Source: Candidatus Dojkabacteria bacterium
Lineage (GTDB): Bacteria > Patescibacteriota > Dojkabacteria > GCA-002793355
DNA length: 64,000 nt
Direction of reading: 5' to 3'
Assembly (NCBI GenBank): GCA_030583825.1
Contig: CP129477.1
Coordinates: 247,252 to 311,251, forward strand
Shown in pieces: positions 25,719-35,474 of this stretch. Position numbers and translations under genes: made by a program. Each line of letters opens with the position of its first letter. The stretch's first letter is position 1. The notes under the pieces were generated by a model that was not told where the DNA came from, searched no databases, and saw only the letters and a list, made by a program, of their open reading frames with translations.

Positions 25719-26690
25719 TTATAACTCATTTAACTCATTCTTTCCGTTTGGAGCAAGCGAGACATACAATTCGTAATCACTGCCGACTAACCCGTGAATA
25801 AGGTTTTCGCTGGTTGCTGCTTTTCCAATATTACCGTATTTATCAATCATGATAATACCTCCAAGACCGTTTACTACTTTTTTGAGGTATGTCATTGCCT
25901 TTTTAGCTGCTGCAGGGGCTTTTGTGGTGCTATTTACTCCTATTGCTGCATAAAACGATACTACTGTTCTCAAAAACTGTTCTCCGTAACCCGTTGCAGA
26001 TACTCCGGCATATTGGTTATTTGCATAAATTCCAGCGCCAATAATTGGCGAGTCCCCTACTCTGCCTTTTAATTTATTTGCAATACCACCTGTTGAGGTT
26101 GCTGCTGCAATATTTCCATTCATATCAAAAGCGACTGCACCCACTGTTCCCATTTTCTTATTTTTCTTTACATCGCTAACGTCAAGCACAGTTTTCCCGG
26201 CTTTCTTTGCTTCTTCTGCCTGCTTGATTCTAAATTCTGTTTTGAAGTAATCGTTTTCGTAATACTTAAAACCGGCTGATTTGGCGAATTCTTCTGCCCC
26301 ATCACATGCAAGCATGACGTGTTCAGTTTTATCCATAACCTGACGTGCAACAGAAATTGGATTTTTATAGTGCTTTAAGCCAATGACTGATCCGGCTTTT
26401 AAATCAGAGCCGTTCATAATTGCTGAATCCATTTCGACTTCACCTTCAGTATTAATGACACTTCCCTTTCCGGCATTAAACACCTCGTTATTTTCAAGAA
26501 TGTTTACACACGCTTCAACGACATCAATACTTGAAGCTCCTGCTTTAAGCAATTTCTCTCCTGCTTCTAAACACTCGCGAATTCCATTTACGTATGCATC
26601 ATGGCGTTCCTGGGATAATCCGGTTATATTTCCGGCTCCGCCGTGGATAATAAGCGCGTATTTTCCTTGTTTCATAGTTAAGTGTATCAA
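25719..26690 (-). CDS. Isoaspartyl peptidase/L-asparaginase (Ntn hydrolase, plant-type asparaginase family)
   Basis: LIIHGGAGN N-terminus and the autoproteolytic GTVGAVAFD threonine site. Confidence 0.75.
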   Translation of the reverse strand: MIHLTMKQGKYALIIHGGAGNITGLSQERHDAYVNGIRECLEAGEKLLKAGASSIDVVEACVNILENNEVFNAGKGSVINTEGEVEMDSAIMNGSDLKAGSVIGLKHYKNPISVARQVMDKTEHVMLACDGAEEFAKSAGFKYYENDYFKTEFRIKQAEEAKKAGKTVLDVSDVKKNKKMGTVGAVAFDMNGNIAAATSTGGIANKLKGRVGDSPIIGAGIYANNQYAGVSATGYGEQFLRTVVSFYAAIGVNSTTKAPAAAKKAMTYLKKVVNGLGGIIMIDKYGNIGKAATSENLIHGLVGSDYELYVSLAPNGKNELNEL

Positions 26691-26762
26691 ATTACAAATT
26701 ATCTGAACATTACTCCACTCCCCGAGCCAAAGCTCGAGGAATGAAGAATATCTAAACGTTAC

Positions 26763-28238
26763 CTACGCGGCAATTCCATTAAGAATTTGCTCTATTTGTC
26801 TTTCTAACTCCTGACCGGGATCGTTAATAAAGACGAGATTAATAGAATCACCTGCATAACGGGGAGCTCGTGTAACAACGACTGCCGGACGGTTTGGATT
26901 CTCTCCATCATAAAAATACTGTCGCAATTGTTCCATATTTTCAATACCGGTCTCTGTCGGCTTGATGCTGTTATTTGAAACAACCGGAGTTCCTTCTGGA
27001 AGATGGTTGCGGACGACACGCAATGCAGAGTTTCCGTTTAATCGAGGATTTACTTCAATGAATGAAATATCTCCGCTCGCAAGCGCAATGACGTCTATGC
27101 CAATGTGACCGCGAACTCCATTTGCAGCTAACACACGAAAGACTTGCTCTAATTCTGCGCCGTGCTCTTCCAGAAATGCTGCTTCGTATTCAGGATCAAT
27201 AACATTACCAATGTGGTTGACCTTATTTTTGAAGCGCTGAATTGCTACCTGCAAAATATCAACAGTACCATCTTCGGAAATGGTTCCAATAATACATGGC
27301 GATTCAACATCACCATTTTTCATATTGATACCGACTTCACCTACCTGAACGTGAAAGTCCCACTCGGTAGATTCGTTAGCGCGTGCTTCTTGCATTTTGG
27401 TTACCCATTTTGTATATGCTTCTTCAACTTTTTCCATATCAGCAATCGGAACTCTTTCAACACCAAATCCCGCGGCAGAAACATCCTGTTTAAAGAAAAG
27501 CGCATCGCTTCCTGACTGCTGAGCCAATGCTACAAGCGCTTCGGGTGAAGGGTATCCTGTCTCCGGGTAATTTTCCTCATCGAAAAAGACTGTTACAGGC
27601 GTTCGAATACCTGCTTCCTGTAATGCACGAATAAATTCAGGCTTGTTATTAAAACGTGCAGCGGCTTTTGCAGCTTCGTGTTCTTTGCCAAGAGTACGGA
27701 CTGACGGAAACATTGGCGCAACTCTAACCGGGCCTGCTTCCGCAATTTCTGTAATTGCGTCATGCATGTTTGCAACAAATTGTACGTTGACTTGTTTTTC
27801 AACTCCTAACGCTCGCATACTATCCACAGATAATCCGAAGTTTCTACCAGCACGTTCCGTGTCTTCTTCGGTAAGCTTATCTTGAGGCATTTGTACTAAA
27901 ATCATAGAACCATCAGGCGCAAATGCCAACATTTGTGGGCCAGCATCGTATGCATCATATTGGCCGACCTTTTTGTCTTCCCAAATTGTCTGTGCGCCTT
28001 GATCGAGCGCTGCACTTGTGTTCGCGACGACGTATACTGGGCCTTCGTCGCCAAAGACGTGCATTGCCCCTATAATTTCCATTCCACCATTAACCAGTGG
28101 TATGGACTTTTGTTCAATCGAGCCTCCATCTATTTTTCTATCCGGCGGCTCTACCGGCACTGTTGTTTGTACCCCCATATTTTTACTAAAAAAATTATTT
28201 AAACAACATTTCCTGTATCGGTGTCCAGGATCCCTCAC
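26763..28238 (-). CDS. ATP-grasp domain protein, putative amide/peptide ligase. The true start is probably the internal Met at about 28178.
   Basis: A C-terminal ATP-grasp pattern (HIGIDVIALASGDISFIEVNPRLNGNS). The N-terminal 20 aa of the longest ORF is Cys/Arg-rich and atypical. Confidence 0.5.
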   Translation of the reverse strand: MRDPGHRYRKCCLNNFFSKNMGVQTTVPVEPPDRKIDGGSIEQKSIPLVNGGMEIIGAMHVFGDEGPVYVVANTSAALDQGAQTIWEDKKVGQYDAYDAGPQMLAFAPDGSMILVQMPQDKLTEEDTERAGRNFGLSVDSMRALGVEKQVNVQFVANMHDAITEIAEAGPVRVAPMFPSVRTLGKEHEAAKAAARFNNKPEFIRALQEAGIRTPVTVFFDEENYPETGYPSPEALVALAQQSGSDALFFKQDVSAAGFGVERVPIADMEKVEEAYTKWVTKMQEARANESTEWDFHVQVGEVGINMKNGDVESPCIIGTISEDGTVDILQVAIQRFKNKVNHIGNVIDPEYEAAFLEEHGAELEQVFRVLAANGVRGHIGIDVIALASGDISFIEVNPRLNGNSALRVVRNHLPEGTPVVSNNSIKPTETGIENMEQLRQYFYDGENPNRPAVVVTRAPRYAGDSINLVFINDPGQELERQIEQILNGIAA

Positions 28239-28373
28239 TTAATTAATGCGCGCATATTTACCGAATAAAGAGTTCTTTTGCTTTGACAAAAACTCTTCCT
28301 TCAGACGGTTTAATGTATGCCTGCAGTCTCGACTTTTAAGTCGAAAAAGCTTCAAAAAACCGTATATAACAAA

Positions 28374-28408
28374 GAAGCCTCCCTTTCGGGAGGCTTCTCT
28401 TTAATTTT
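28374..28408. terminator. Bidirectional intrinsic terminator hairpin
   Basis: GAAGCCTCCC-TTTC-GGGAGGCTTC perfect 10-bp stem with T-rich flanks. Confidence 0.5.
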
Positions 28409-28620
28409 ACGAGTCTATTATCTTAGAAAAACCTCCCAGCGACTGTTCCAAATCATAAGGGCAATAAGAAGGTGGAAAAATCGTGCGAAATAGGTTTGTC
28501 CAAAACAATAGTTAATCATAAAATTGGAGGTATTGTATTACGGGAATAATGATACGTCAATAGTTTTTTGATTTCTTCGCTACTTCCAAATACAAAAACG
28601 ACTCTAAAAACGGGCAAATA

Positions 28621-29922
28621 TTATTTGTCTTGCAAGTATCTCTTTGATAACCCGCTATACGATTTTGTGCGCATCATTGCCAAAGTGAGAATCAACCCTA
28701 CAAAGCCAGCAACGCTAAATACTAACGCTATACCTCGTGCAGGCCCAGTTCCATACCAGCTACCGATAAGCGATGCGCCAAACCCGGTGGTCATAAGAGG
28801 AATAAAAAAGAATTCGGTAAGAGGGCCGATAAAAAATGCAGTAAATGGAGATGCAATATTTTCGATACTTTGGGCAAAACCAAATACTCTTCCTTGGCGC
28901 TCAACCGGTACAACTTTTTGCAAAATTGTATGCTCTGCGGCTTCAATAAGTGGCATTAGAGAAAGCCAGATAAACATACCGATTATTACCAATAAAATTG
29001 AGGGCTGAATCGTAAAAAACATACTCACAATCCATAACACAATATTTCCAAGGAATAATGTACGAACAGGGTTCTTTCCAACTCCGCGGCGCGCAACAAT
29101 CATGCCTCCAAAGATAAACGAGAAGCTAAGTACTGCCCATAAAACGCTCCACACTTGCAAAGAAACAAGGGATAATCCATACGGATCCATTAATGGCATA
29201 AATATTCCCATTAAAAGGTTATTAAACGTATTAAAGAACATAAGTCCAATTAGCCCTGGAATACCTTTTAGTAACGCGATTGTTCCAGAAATATCGAGCG
29301 TATCTCTTTTCTCTTCTCCTTCAGCAATGGCAATATCTTTTTCGGGAATAGAAATTATGAGTAAATGAAAAAGCCCAATAACACTCAAAATCAGCGACGA
29401 AAGTAGTACCCAAAACATGCCGGCAAAGGCAAGAGTAAAACCGCTGGCAATATTCACAATTGAAAAAATGATGCCGTTAATTGTTCCATACATGCCATTT
29501 GCTTTATCACGATTCTCTTCCGGTACAAGCATTGTAATCAATGGAGGGAGTGCAAGTCCCCGTAAGTTTCCAGCAATAACCCCAAGCAACACAGTAATAA
29601 CGAAAAGCCATAACGGTGCACTGGCAATTGTAGTGAACGCTTCCTTCGGCGAAAATACATATACCAAAAAGCTAATACCGAAAAGTACAAATGTAATAAT
29701 CCCAGAAATCATCATAACTTTCTTTTTCTTGTTGTGATCCACTATCGAACCAAACCAAAATCCTGAAACTGCGGTAAAAATCATGTATGAGCCCGTCATT
29801 ATAGAGGTTGCAAGTACTGAGCTTGTTTGTAAATATACCCAATAAATAACAGCAAACCATACAAAACTTTGCGTTACCCCAACAAGCAGCACATTTCCCA
29901 TTAATTGGTAAAACGTTTTCAT
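28621..29922 (-). CDS. MFS transporter
   Basis: A 433-aa protein with 12 predicted TM helices and an MFS-like loop between TM2 and TM3. Confidence 0.65.
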   Translation of the reverse strand: MKTFYQLMGNVLLVGVTQSFVWFAVIYWVYLQTSSVLATSIMTGSYMIFTAVSGFWFGSIVDHNKKKKVMMISGIITFVLFGISFLVYVFSPKEAFTTIASAPLWLFVITVLLGVIAGNLRGLALPPLITMLVPEENRDKANGMYGTINGIIFSIVNIASGFTLAFAGMFWVLLSSLILSVIGLFHLLIISIPEKDIAIAEGEEKRDTLDISGTIALLKGIPGLIGLMFFNTFNNLLMGIFMPLMDPYGLSLVSLQVWSVLWAVLSFSFIFGGMIVARRGVGKNPVRTLFLGNIVLWIVSMFFTIQPSILLVIIGMFIWLSLMPLIEAAEHTILQKVVPVERQGRVFGFAQSIENIASPFTAFFIGPLTEFFFIPLMTTGFGASLIGSWYGTGPARGIALVFSVAGFVGLILTLAMMRTKSYSGLSKRYLQDK

Positions 29923-30011
29923 AATTGCAAGAAAATATTAAACACGCAGAATACTATTTTACCACACACTTTCAGTATTTATTCCGTCTAAAGAGAAGAA
30001 AAATAAATGTG

Positions 30012-31058
30012 TTACACCATCCAGCGCAGCCACTTTACACTCATAAGGATTTTTACAATTGCATAAGATATAGCAATTGTGGCTAATGTATACAGCGCAA
30101 TATCTACCACAACAAACGAGGTAAGAGAAAAGTTTGTCATTTTCATAATCGTATCAACAATTGCCGCATGAACAAGGTAAACTCCAAAGCTTGTGATTGC
30201 CAACTCATAGACAAGCTTATTTTTTGCAACAGATAATTTCTGCTGTGCAAGTGCGAATAAGCTCACTGTGGGCAATACAATCAGCGGGCTAAGAAAAGAT
30301 GAGAATGGAAATCTTCCTGGGTTAAACAGAGAAAAAGTATACAACGCTGTTGCGAGAACAAAACTACCGGCAATATATCCAACAAACGACCAAGATTTTG
30401 AAACTTTCTTATTCAGTAATACGTCTCCCAGAATAAGATACCCTATGAAATCAACCGGTTCCAAAAAGAACGGCAATCCCTGTCCCGTAATAATTCTTTT
30501 AGCATTGTGAAGTATGCCAAAAAGTAAAAACCCTATACCAAGCCACATCCATTGCCGAGGAGTTACTTTCCTTTTCAAATGACGAAGCAATGGGCCAAGA
30601 AAGAAAAGTCCCGGAAGCATATATAAATACCATAAATGGTAGTATGGAATTCCATTCGTAAGAATACTCCATACATTTTGGCCGGCTTCAACAATGCTAT
30701 TACTTTGCCATACGGAGCTCATTCGCCCGCTAAAAAACCAGTAAAAAATGAACCAAAATGCAATGGGAGGAAGAAATCGTTTAATCTTTCTTGCGTAAAA
30801 TTGGAGTGGCGTCTCATCAATATCTGTATTTAGCGAAAACATAACTGCCCCACTGAGCATTACAAACATTGGAACACAAAAACGTGAGAATGCGTCGTAT
30901 GTGAGCGCTGTTGCAAAGTTTATATCCGGTAATTTATCACCGAGAATAAATGGTGCTGCAGCATGAATAACAACCACAGCAGTCATCGCAAATACGCGGA
31001 GTAAATCAAGATTATGATTGCGCTTGTTGTACGTCTGAGTAGGGCTATCTGAAAGCAT
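30012..31058 (-). CDS. Acyltransferase family 3 (OafA/YrhL-like) membrane O-acyltransferase
   Basis: An N-terminal LDLLRVFAMTAVVVIHA motif and about 10 TM helices. Confidence 0.7.
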   Translation of the reverse strand: MLSDSPTQTYNKRNHNLDLLRVFAMTAVVVIHAAAPFILGDKLPDINFATALTYDAFSRFCVPMFVMLSGAVMFSLNTDIDETPLQFYARKIKRFLPPIAFWFIFYWFFSGRMSSVWQSNSIVEAGQNVWSILTNGIPYYHLWYLYMLPGLFFLGPLLRHLKRKVTPRQWMWLGIGFLLFGILHNAKRIITGQGLPFFLEPVDFIGYLILGDVLLNKKVSKSWSFVGYIAGSFVLATALYTFSLFNPGRFPFSSFLSPLIVLPTVSLFALAQQKLSVAKNKLVYELAITSFGVYLVHAAIVDTIMKMTNFSLTSFVVVDIALYTLATIAISYAIVKILMSVKWLRWMV

Positions 31059-31105
31059 TTATCATTATACACGACCCTACTGATATGAAAAGCACCTCTA
31101 CTCTT

Positions 31106-31624
31106 TTACGGGCCAAGTTGTAAAGATTCATTGGGCCGTATAAACGGATATTTCCGCTTTGTCCAAACATCCATACCTCCTTTTACATACACCGCATTAA
31201 TTCCATGGCCACGCAACACGCCTGCTGCGTATGATCCTCCATTGCTTAACCCGCAGTCAAAGACAACTACTTTCTTTGAACGGTATGGAGCTAAATGCAA
31301 GTTATCTGCACTTTCAATATCGGCAATGTGAACATGCTTAATGCCATTGATTCGAAATTTATCAAAATCACTCTGCTTGCGGACATCTATCGCAATGTGT
31401 TCGTTAGATTGGCCGATACCATCATTTAAAATACGCGAAGAGTTTCCACCAAATAATAATTGGAATGCTGCTTGTACAGAAATTGCTGAAGTTTGAGCCC
31501 TCATCTCAGGGGATACATTTGTTTCTATGCCTTTCTGCAGAAGCGCTCGCAAAAGCTCTGGATTCTGTATTTTTGGAAACAATGATTCGTCAAGCTCTTC
31601 GATATATTCATGAATATTCTGCAT
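31106..31624 (-). CDS. Rhodanese-domain protein (sulfurtransferase-like)
   Basis: A C-terminal rhodanese fold with an active-site Cys loop (VVFDCGLSNGGSYAAG). Confidence 0.65.
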   Translation of the reverse strand: MQNIHEYIEELDESLFPKIQNPELLRALLQKGIETNVSPEMRAQTSAISVQAAFQLLFGGNSSRILNDGIGQSNEHIAIDVRKQSDFDKFRINGIKHVHIADIESADNLHLAPYRSKKVVVFDCGLSNGGSYAAGVLRGHGINAVYVKGGMDVWTKRKYPFIRPNESLQLGP

Positions 31625-31730
31625 CTACAGCAAGCACATTCTTCTTTTCTGACTCCAGCATGTAAAGCACAAACAATGATGCAAGTGTGCTCTTTCCTGC
31701 ACCTCCTTTTCCAACAAACGCGATTTTCAC
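31608..31730 (-). pseudogene. 40-aa remnant of a ParA/MinD/CooC/ArsA-type P-loop ATPase, N-terminus only
   Basis: A GTG-initiated ORF reading VKIAFVGKGGAGKSTLASLFVLYMLESEKKNVLAVDAEYS*. The deviant Walker A (KGGAGKST) is present. The ORF terminates after 40 aa and overlaps the rhodanese start by 17 nt in another frame. Confidence 0.35.
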
Positions 31731-31815
31731 GATATATCTACCTAAATTTATTCTACCTCTTGCTTATTGCAAGTAATTTGCATTAAGACTATATCACAAT
31801 ATGCTATAATTGCAA

Positions 31816-32181
31816 ATGACTGGCATTAGTAAAAAAACAAGATTTAGTCCTAAGCGGCAAGCTGTAATGGATATTTTTGACAATGGAGGTGTCTATACAG
31901 CGCCCGAAATTGCGGAACTTCTTCCCGATATGGATTTAACAACTGTCTATCGAAACCTAAAACACCTCATTACTGCGGGGTACATAAAAGAACTCACCCT
32001 TTCAAACGGAGTCGCAAGCTACGAATCAGCATACGAAAACCACCAGCATGCGGTGTGTAAAAACTGTGGGAAAGTGTATCATTTACATATAGACGAGACT
32101 CAGCTAAAAAAGCTTATTCCTGACATAGATTTTGAAGTGGAAAATGTAGAGATTATTATTAAGGGCCACTGTAAAAACTAA
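31816..32181 (+). CDS. Fur-family metalloregulator (Fur/Zur/PerR-like)
   Basis: A wHTH followed by metal-binding motifs (HQHAVCKNCGKVYH...GHC). TATAAT sits 5 nt upstream of the ATG, suggesting a leaderless transcript. The ORF track starts at a TTG 6 nt earlier. Confidence 0.75.
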   Translation: MTGISKKTRFSPKRQAVMDIFDNGGVYTAPEIAELLPDMDLTTVYRNLKHLITAGYIKELTLSNGVASYESAYENHQHAVCKNCGKVYHLHIDETQLKKLIPDIDFEVENVEIIIKGHCKN

Positions 32182-32242
32182 TTATTGCCACAGTACTCTG
32201 GAGAAATTCCCTAACCCACCGATATTCACAAAAAGAAACGTT

Positions 32243-32815
32243 TTATAGCTTTCTATCAGAAAGCACAGAAGTATTATCTTTCAGAATATCTTCGTCGCTG
32301 ACAAATTCATCTTTATGCTTAATAAGCAGCCAGGTTGTATCGCCTTCTTTCTTGCTGAACCTGTTTTTTATTCTGACCAACACAAAAGAGCCGTTTAACT
32401 TTTTACCATGCAATTGGAATTTCAAGTCACCTTTTTCTAGTCCTTCGTGAAGCGCTTTTATGCTCTCTTCCATATTCTCGATACCATGTGCGTGGTATGT
32501 TCCAGTGTCCCAGACAATAACTTCCCCAGCTCCATAGTTTCCTTCGGGAATTGTGCCTTCAAAATCAATATAGTCTACAGGATGATCCTCAACCTGCATT
32601 GCGAGGCGCTTTACTTTTGGATCAAGAGACGGGCCTTTTGGAACTGCCCAACTGAGCAATACTCCATCAAGCTCAAGGCGAAAATCGTAATGCAACTGAC
32701 TTGCATTATGCTTCTGAACAACAAATCGCAGCGCTTTACCTGTTTCTACTACCTTTCCTTCAGGCTCTGATGTTTCGGCAAAGTTACGCTTTTCGTTGTA
32801 TATTGACAGTGTCAT
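32243..32815 (-). CDS. Standalone LigD-type 3'-phosphoesterase (PE) domain protein
   Basis: Conserved PE-domain blocks ([19 protein letters not shown]...SWAVPKGPS). Confidence 0.7.
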   Translation of the reverse strand: MTLSIYNEKRNFAETSEPEGKVVETGKALRFVVQKHNASQLHYDFRLELDGVLLSWAVPKGPSLDPKVKRLAMQVEDHPVDYIDFEGTIPEGNYGAGEVIVWDTGTYHAHGIENMEESIKALHEGLEKGDLKFQLHGKKLNGSFVLVRIKNRFSKKEGDTTWLLIKHKDEFVSDEDILKDNTSVLSDRKL

Positions 32816-32855
32816 AATTGTTAGTTTTGTTAATGTAATGTTGTTGCTTCACCCT

Positions 32856-33347
32856 CTACACAGTAATCTTCTCTACTGACTTACTCTCCGTATCTAAAAT
32901 CATAAAGGTAGAGGTTCCTGTTGCGTATCCTTGAATTTCGCCCGGGTTAAGTAATAATGTATTTCCTACAGTTTCTTCACGATATTCGTGAGTATGGCCG
33001 TGGATACATACATCAAATTCTCCTGATTTTGCCGCAAGCTCCCCAATTCGCGGATAGTGATTCATAAAAATTTTCACACCGCCTAGTTCACCTTCAAAGA
33101 TATCATCGCAGAGTTCTATTTTTTCTGATGCGTCCATTTTGCGGGTCATATTTACTTGCTCCATTTCATTGTTTCCCCATACAAATTTGATTTGACCATC
33201 AAATTGCTCCAAAATCTTTATTCCTGGAGGAGCGATTAAGTCCCCTGCAAACAATAAGTATTCACATCCTTTTTCATTTGCGATAGCTATCGCCTGAGAA
33301 AGTTTTGTCCAGTTTTCGTGGCTATCTGACATGATTGCAATTTTCAT
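32856..33347 (-). CDS. Metallophosphoesterase (YfcE/MJ0936-like)
   Basis: MKIAIMSDSHEN followed by a GDLIAPPG motif series. The start is taken at the internal Met of the track ORF. Confidence 0.7.
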   Translation of the reverse strand: MKIAIMSDSHENWTKLSQAIAIANEKGCEYLLFAGDLIAPPGIKILEQFDGQIKFVWGNNEMEQVNMTRKMDASEKIELCDDIFEGELGGVKIFMNHYPRIGELAAKSGEFDVCIHGHTHEYREETVGNTLLLNPGEIQGYATGTSTFMILDTESKSVEKITV

Positions 33348-33463
33348 TTTAAAATCTTCAAAATTATGCACGACAGTTTCGAGAGAAATAAATAAACTGT
33401 CTGAGTAAATTATACTTCTTCCATACACATTCACACAAACGAGAGGTATGTTACTATAATACT

Positions 33464-34189
33464 ATGAAAAAGCCTTTATATATCTTTATGCATTTAGCAA
33501 AAACAGGAGGAACGACGTTTGTTGGGCATTTATACGAGCATATTGGATTTAATACGGGGTATTTCGATCAAGGCCCACACGGAAATCATTACCGCCAGCA
33601 CAATAGCTTACCCGAGATTCCTGACTTAAGTCAGGCTGAAAAAGACGGCATTTCTGTGATAGGAGGACATCTCGTTTATTGGGGAGTTCATGAACATTTC
33701 CCAAAGAGAGACATACGATATATTACGTTTATCCGTGAGCCGGTTAGCAGAGTTATTTCACATTACACATTTGACTCTTCAGGAAAAGATGTTAGTTTTG
33801 AAGAATGGTATAAGACATGGATTCCAAATCAAATGTGCGTATTCTATTTTGACCATTTAAAGGTAAACACTCCGGAAGATATTCTGAAACGCCTTGAATC
33901 ATTCTGGCATATTGCATTTACTTCTGAGCTAGATTACAGCCTTGAGTATATTCTCAAAGAAATGAATCTTCCATTGGGATATAAAAATCGTCGTGTTGCT
34001 GGAGAAAAAGAAAATAGTACAAAAGATCTTGGATATAGTATTTATCATCCAATCCGCGAAAAGTATATTCCAACCCAGGACGAGATAAAGCTCATTACTG
34101 AAGATCATCAGCAAGATATTTCTCTTTACGAGCATCTTAGAAAGTATGTTGTAAATGGCAAATATATTCCATCTGAACAAAATGAGTAA
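33464..34189 (+). CDS. Sulfotransferase-family protein
   Basis: A 5'-PSB-like motif (HLAKTGGTTF) and a 3'-PB-like motif (IREPVSRVISHY). TATAAT is 3 nt before the ATG, suggesting a leaderless transcript. Confidence 0.6.
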   Translation: MKKPLYIFMHLAKTGGTTFVGHLYEHIGFNTGYFDQGPHGNHYRQHNSLPEIPDLSQAEKDGISVIGGHLVYWGVHEHFPKRDIRYITFIREPVSRVISHYTFDSSGKDVSFEEWYKTWIPNQMCVFYFDHLKVNTPEDILKRLESFWHIAFTSELDYSLEYILKEMNLPLGYKNRRVAGEKENSTKDLGYSIYHPIREKYIPTQDEIKLITEDHQQDISLYEHLRKYVVNGKYIPSEQNE

Positions 34190-35474
34190 TTATTTATCCT
34201 GGATCAATAGTATCCGCGAAAAAACAGTAATGAATGTGACAAATATTCCATTTCGCGAATCGAAAGAATGGAAATTTGACGAAGAGAGTACTCGATTATT
34301 TAGACACCTAGGTGGTTTTTTCTCAATTATTGGAATAAAGGCTTACTATAGCGAATCTATACCAGTGGAAGTTGCACTTATTGATCAACCGGAAATCGGG
34401 ATTTTAGGGTTTATATTACGAGAGAAAAATAATCAGCCGGAAGTACTGTTTCAAGCAAAGTCTGAGCCAGGAAATGTAGGGATTTGTCAGCTTGCTCCAA
34501 CTGTTCAAGCAACAGAAAGTAATTATAAGCAGCTCCATAAAGGAAGTGCACAACCATATGTAGAATACTTTCTTAATCCTGTACAAACAAATATTCTTCA
34601 CAGCTCATTGCAAACTGAGCAAGGGTGGAAGTTTTGGAGAAAGCGAAACCTGAATACGATTATTAAAGGGGACGTTGAAGCGTTGGGTGGATATAAATGG
34701 ATTTCCTTAAAAGATGTTTCAAAGCTTCTTTCTCAACCACATTTGTTGAATAGTGATTCAAGATCAGTACTCTGCTCTCTTTTTCTGACTCACCCACAAT
34801 TTTTTACCGTTGATAAGCAATTTAAAGACTGTATAAACAAGTCAATTGAGGAGGTAAACGAAACTTCTCTTGAGTGGGTTATGAAACAACAACAAAAATT
34901 CAGCAATACTCATATTGTACCATTAAAGGAATTGCAGAATTGGATAATAACAGAAAGTGAGATCTCACAAAATGATTCTCAATTACATCGAATTATTCAG
35001 ATAAAAGTAGAAACAAATGCAAGGGAAATTTCTTCCTGGGATCAACCGATTATTGACACATACGAAGAAGAAGAAATAACACTTGTTGGAAAGATGAGAG
35101 ACGGACAGTTAGAGCTTTTGGTTCAATGCGTTTCTGAGCCAGGGCTATGGTTACAAAAAGGAATATCGGCGACATTTCATCAAAGTCCTGTAAAAACGCT
35201 TAACGATAATTCCACGTATATTAAGGAATGGCTTCATGCTGGAAAAGATCTTTGGGTACGGGAAAAAGTAGTCAAAAATTCTGAAGAAGGAGGGCGTTTT
35301 TATAAAGATGAAAATATTCACTCTCTTATTATTGTTGACGAACACTTTCCCGAGATTACACTGCCAGATAATTACATGTGGATGACACTTGGAGACATTC
35401 GAGCACTGTTAACAAAAGAATATATACTGACAAATGAGCTGAGAAGCGTCTTATGTCTTCTTTTTTCTGAGTAA
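34155..35474 (+). CDS. NDP-hexose 2,3-dehydratase family protein (EvaA/TylX3-like)
   Basis: Two tandem repeats with characteristic blocks (FQAKSEPGNVGICQLAPTVQATESN ... EQGWKFWRKRNLN). Confidence 0.7.
   Translation: MANIFHLNKMSNYLSWINSIREKTVMNVTNIPFRESKEWKFDEESTRLFRHLGGFFSIIGIKAYYSESIPVEVALIDQPEIGILGFILREKNNQPEVLFQAKSEPGNVGICQLAPTVQATESNYKQLHKGSAQPYVEYFLNPVQTNILHSSLQTEQGWKFWRKRNLNTIIKGDVEALGGYKWISLKDVSKLLSQPHLLNSDSRSVLCSLFLTHPQFFTVDKQFKDCINKSIEEVNETSLEWVMKQQQKFSNTHIVPLKELQNWIITESEISQNDSQLHRIIQIKVETNAREISSWDQPIIDTYEEEEITLVGKMRDGQLELLVQCVSEPGLWLQKGISATFHQSPVKTLNDNSTYIKEWLHAGKDLWVREKVVKNSEEGGRFYKDENIHSLIIVDEHFPEITLPDNYMWMTLGDIRALLTKEYILTNELRSVLCLLFSE

Noticed and set aside
31741-31800. Near-palindrome ATTGCAA-N5-TTGCATT upstream of the Fur-family gene as a Fur box
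   Set aside because: It does not match known Fur, Zur or PerR box consensus sequences closely enough to call. It may still be an autoregulatory site.
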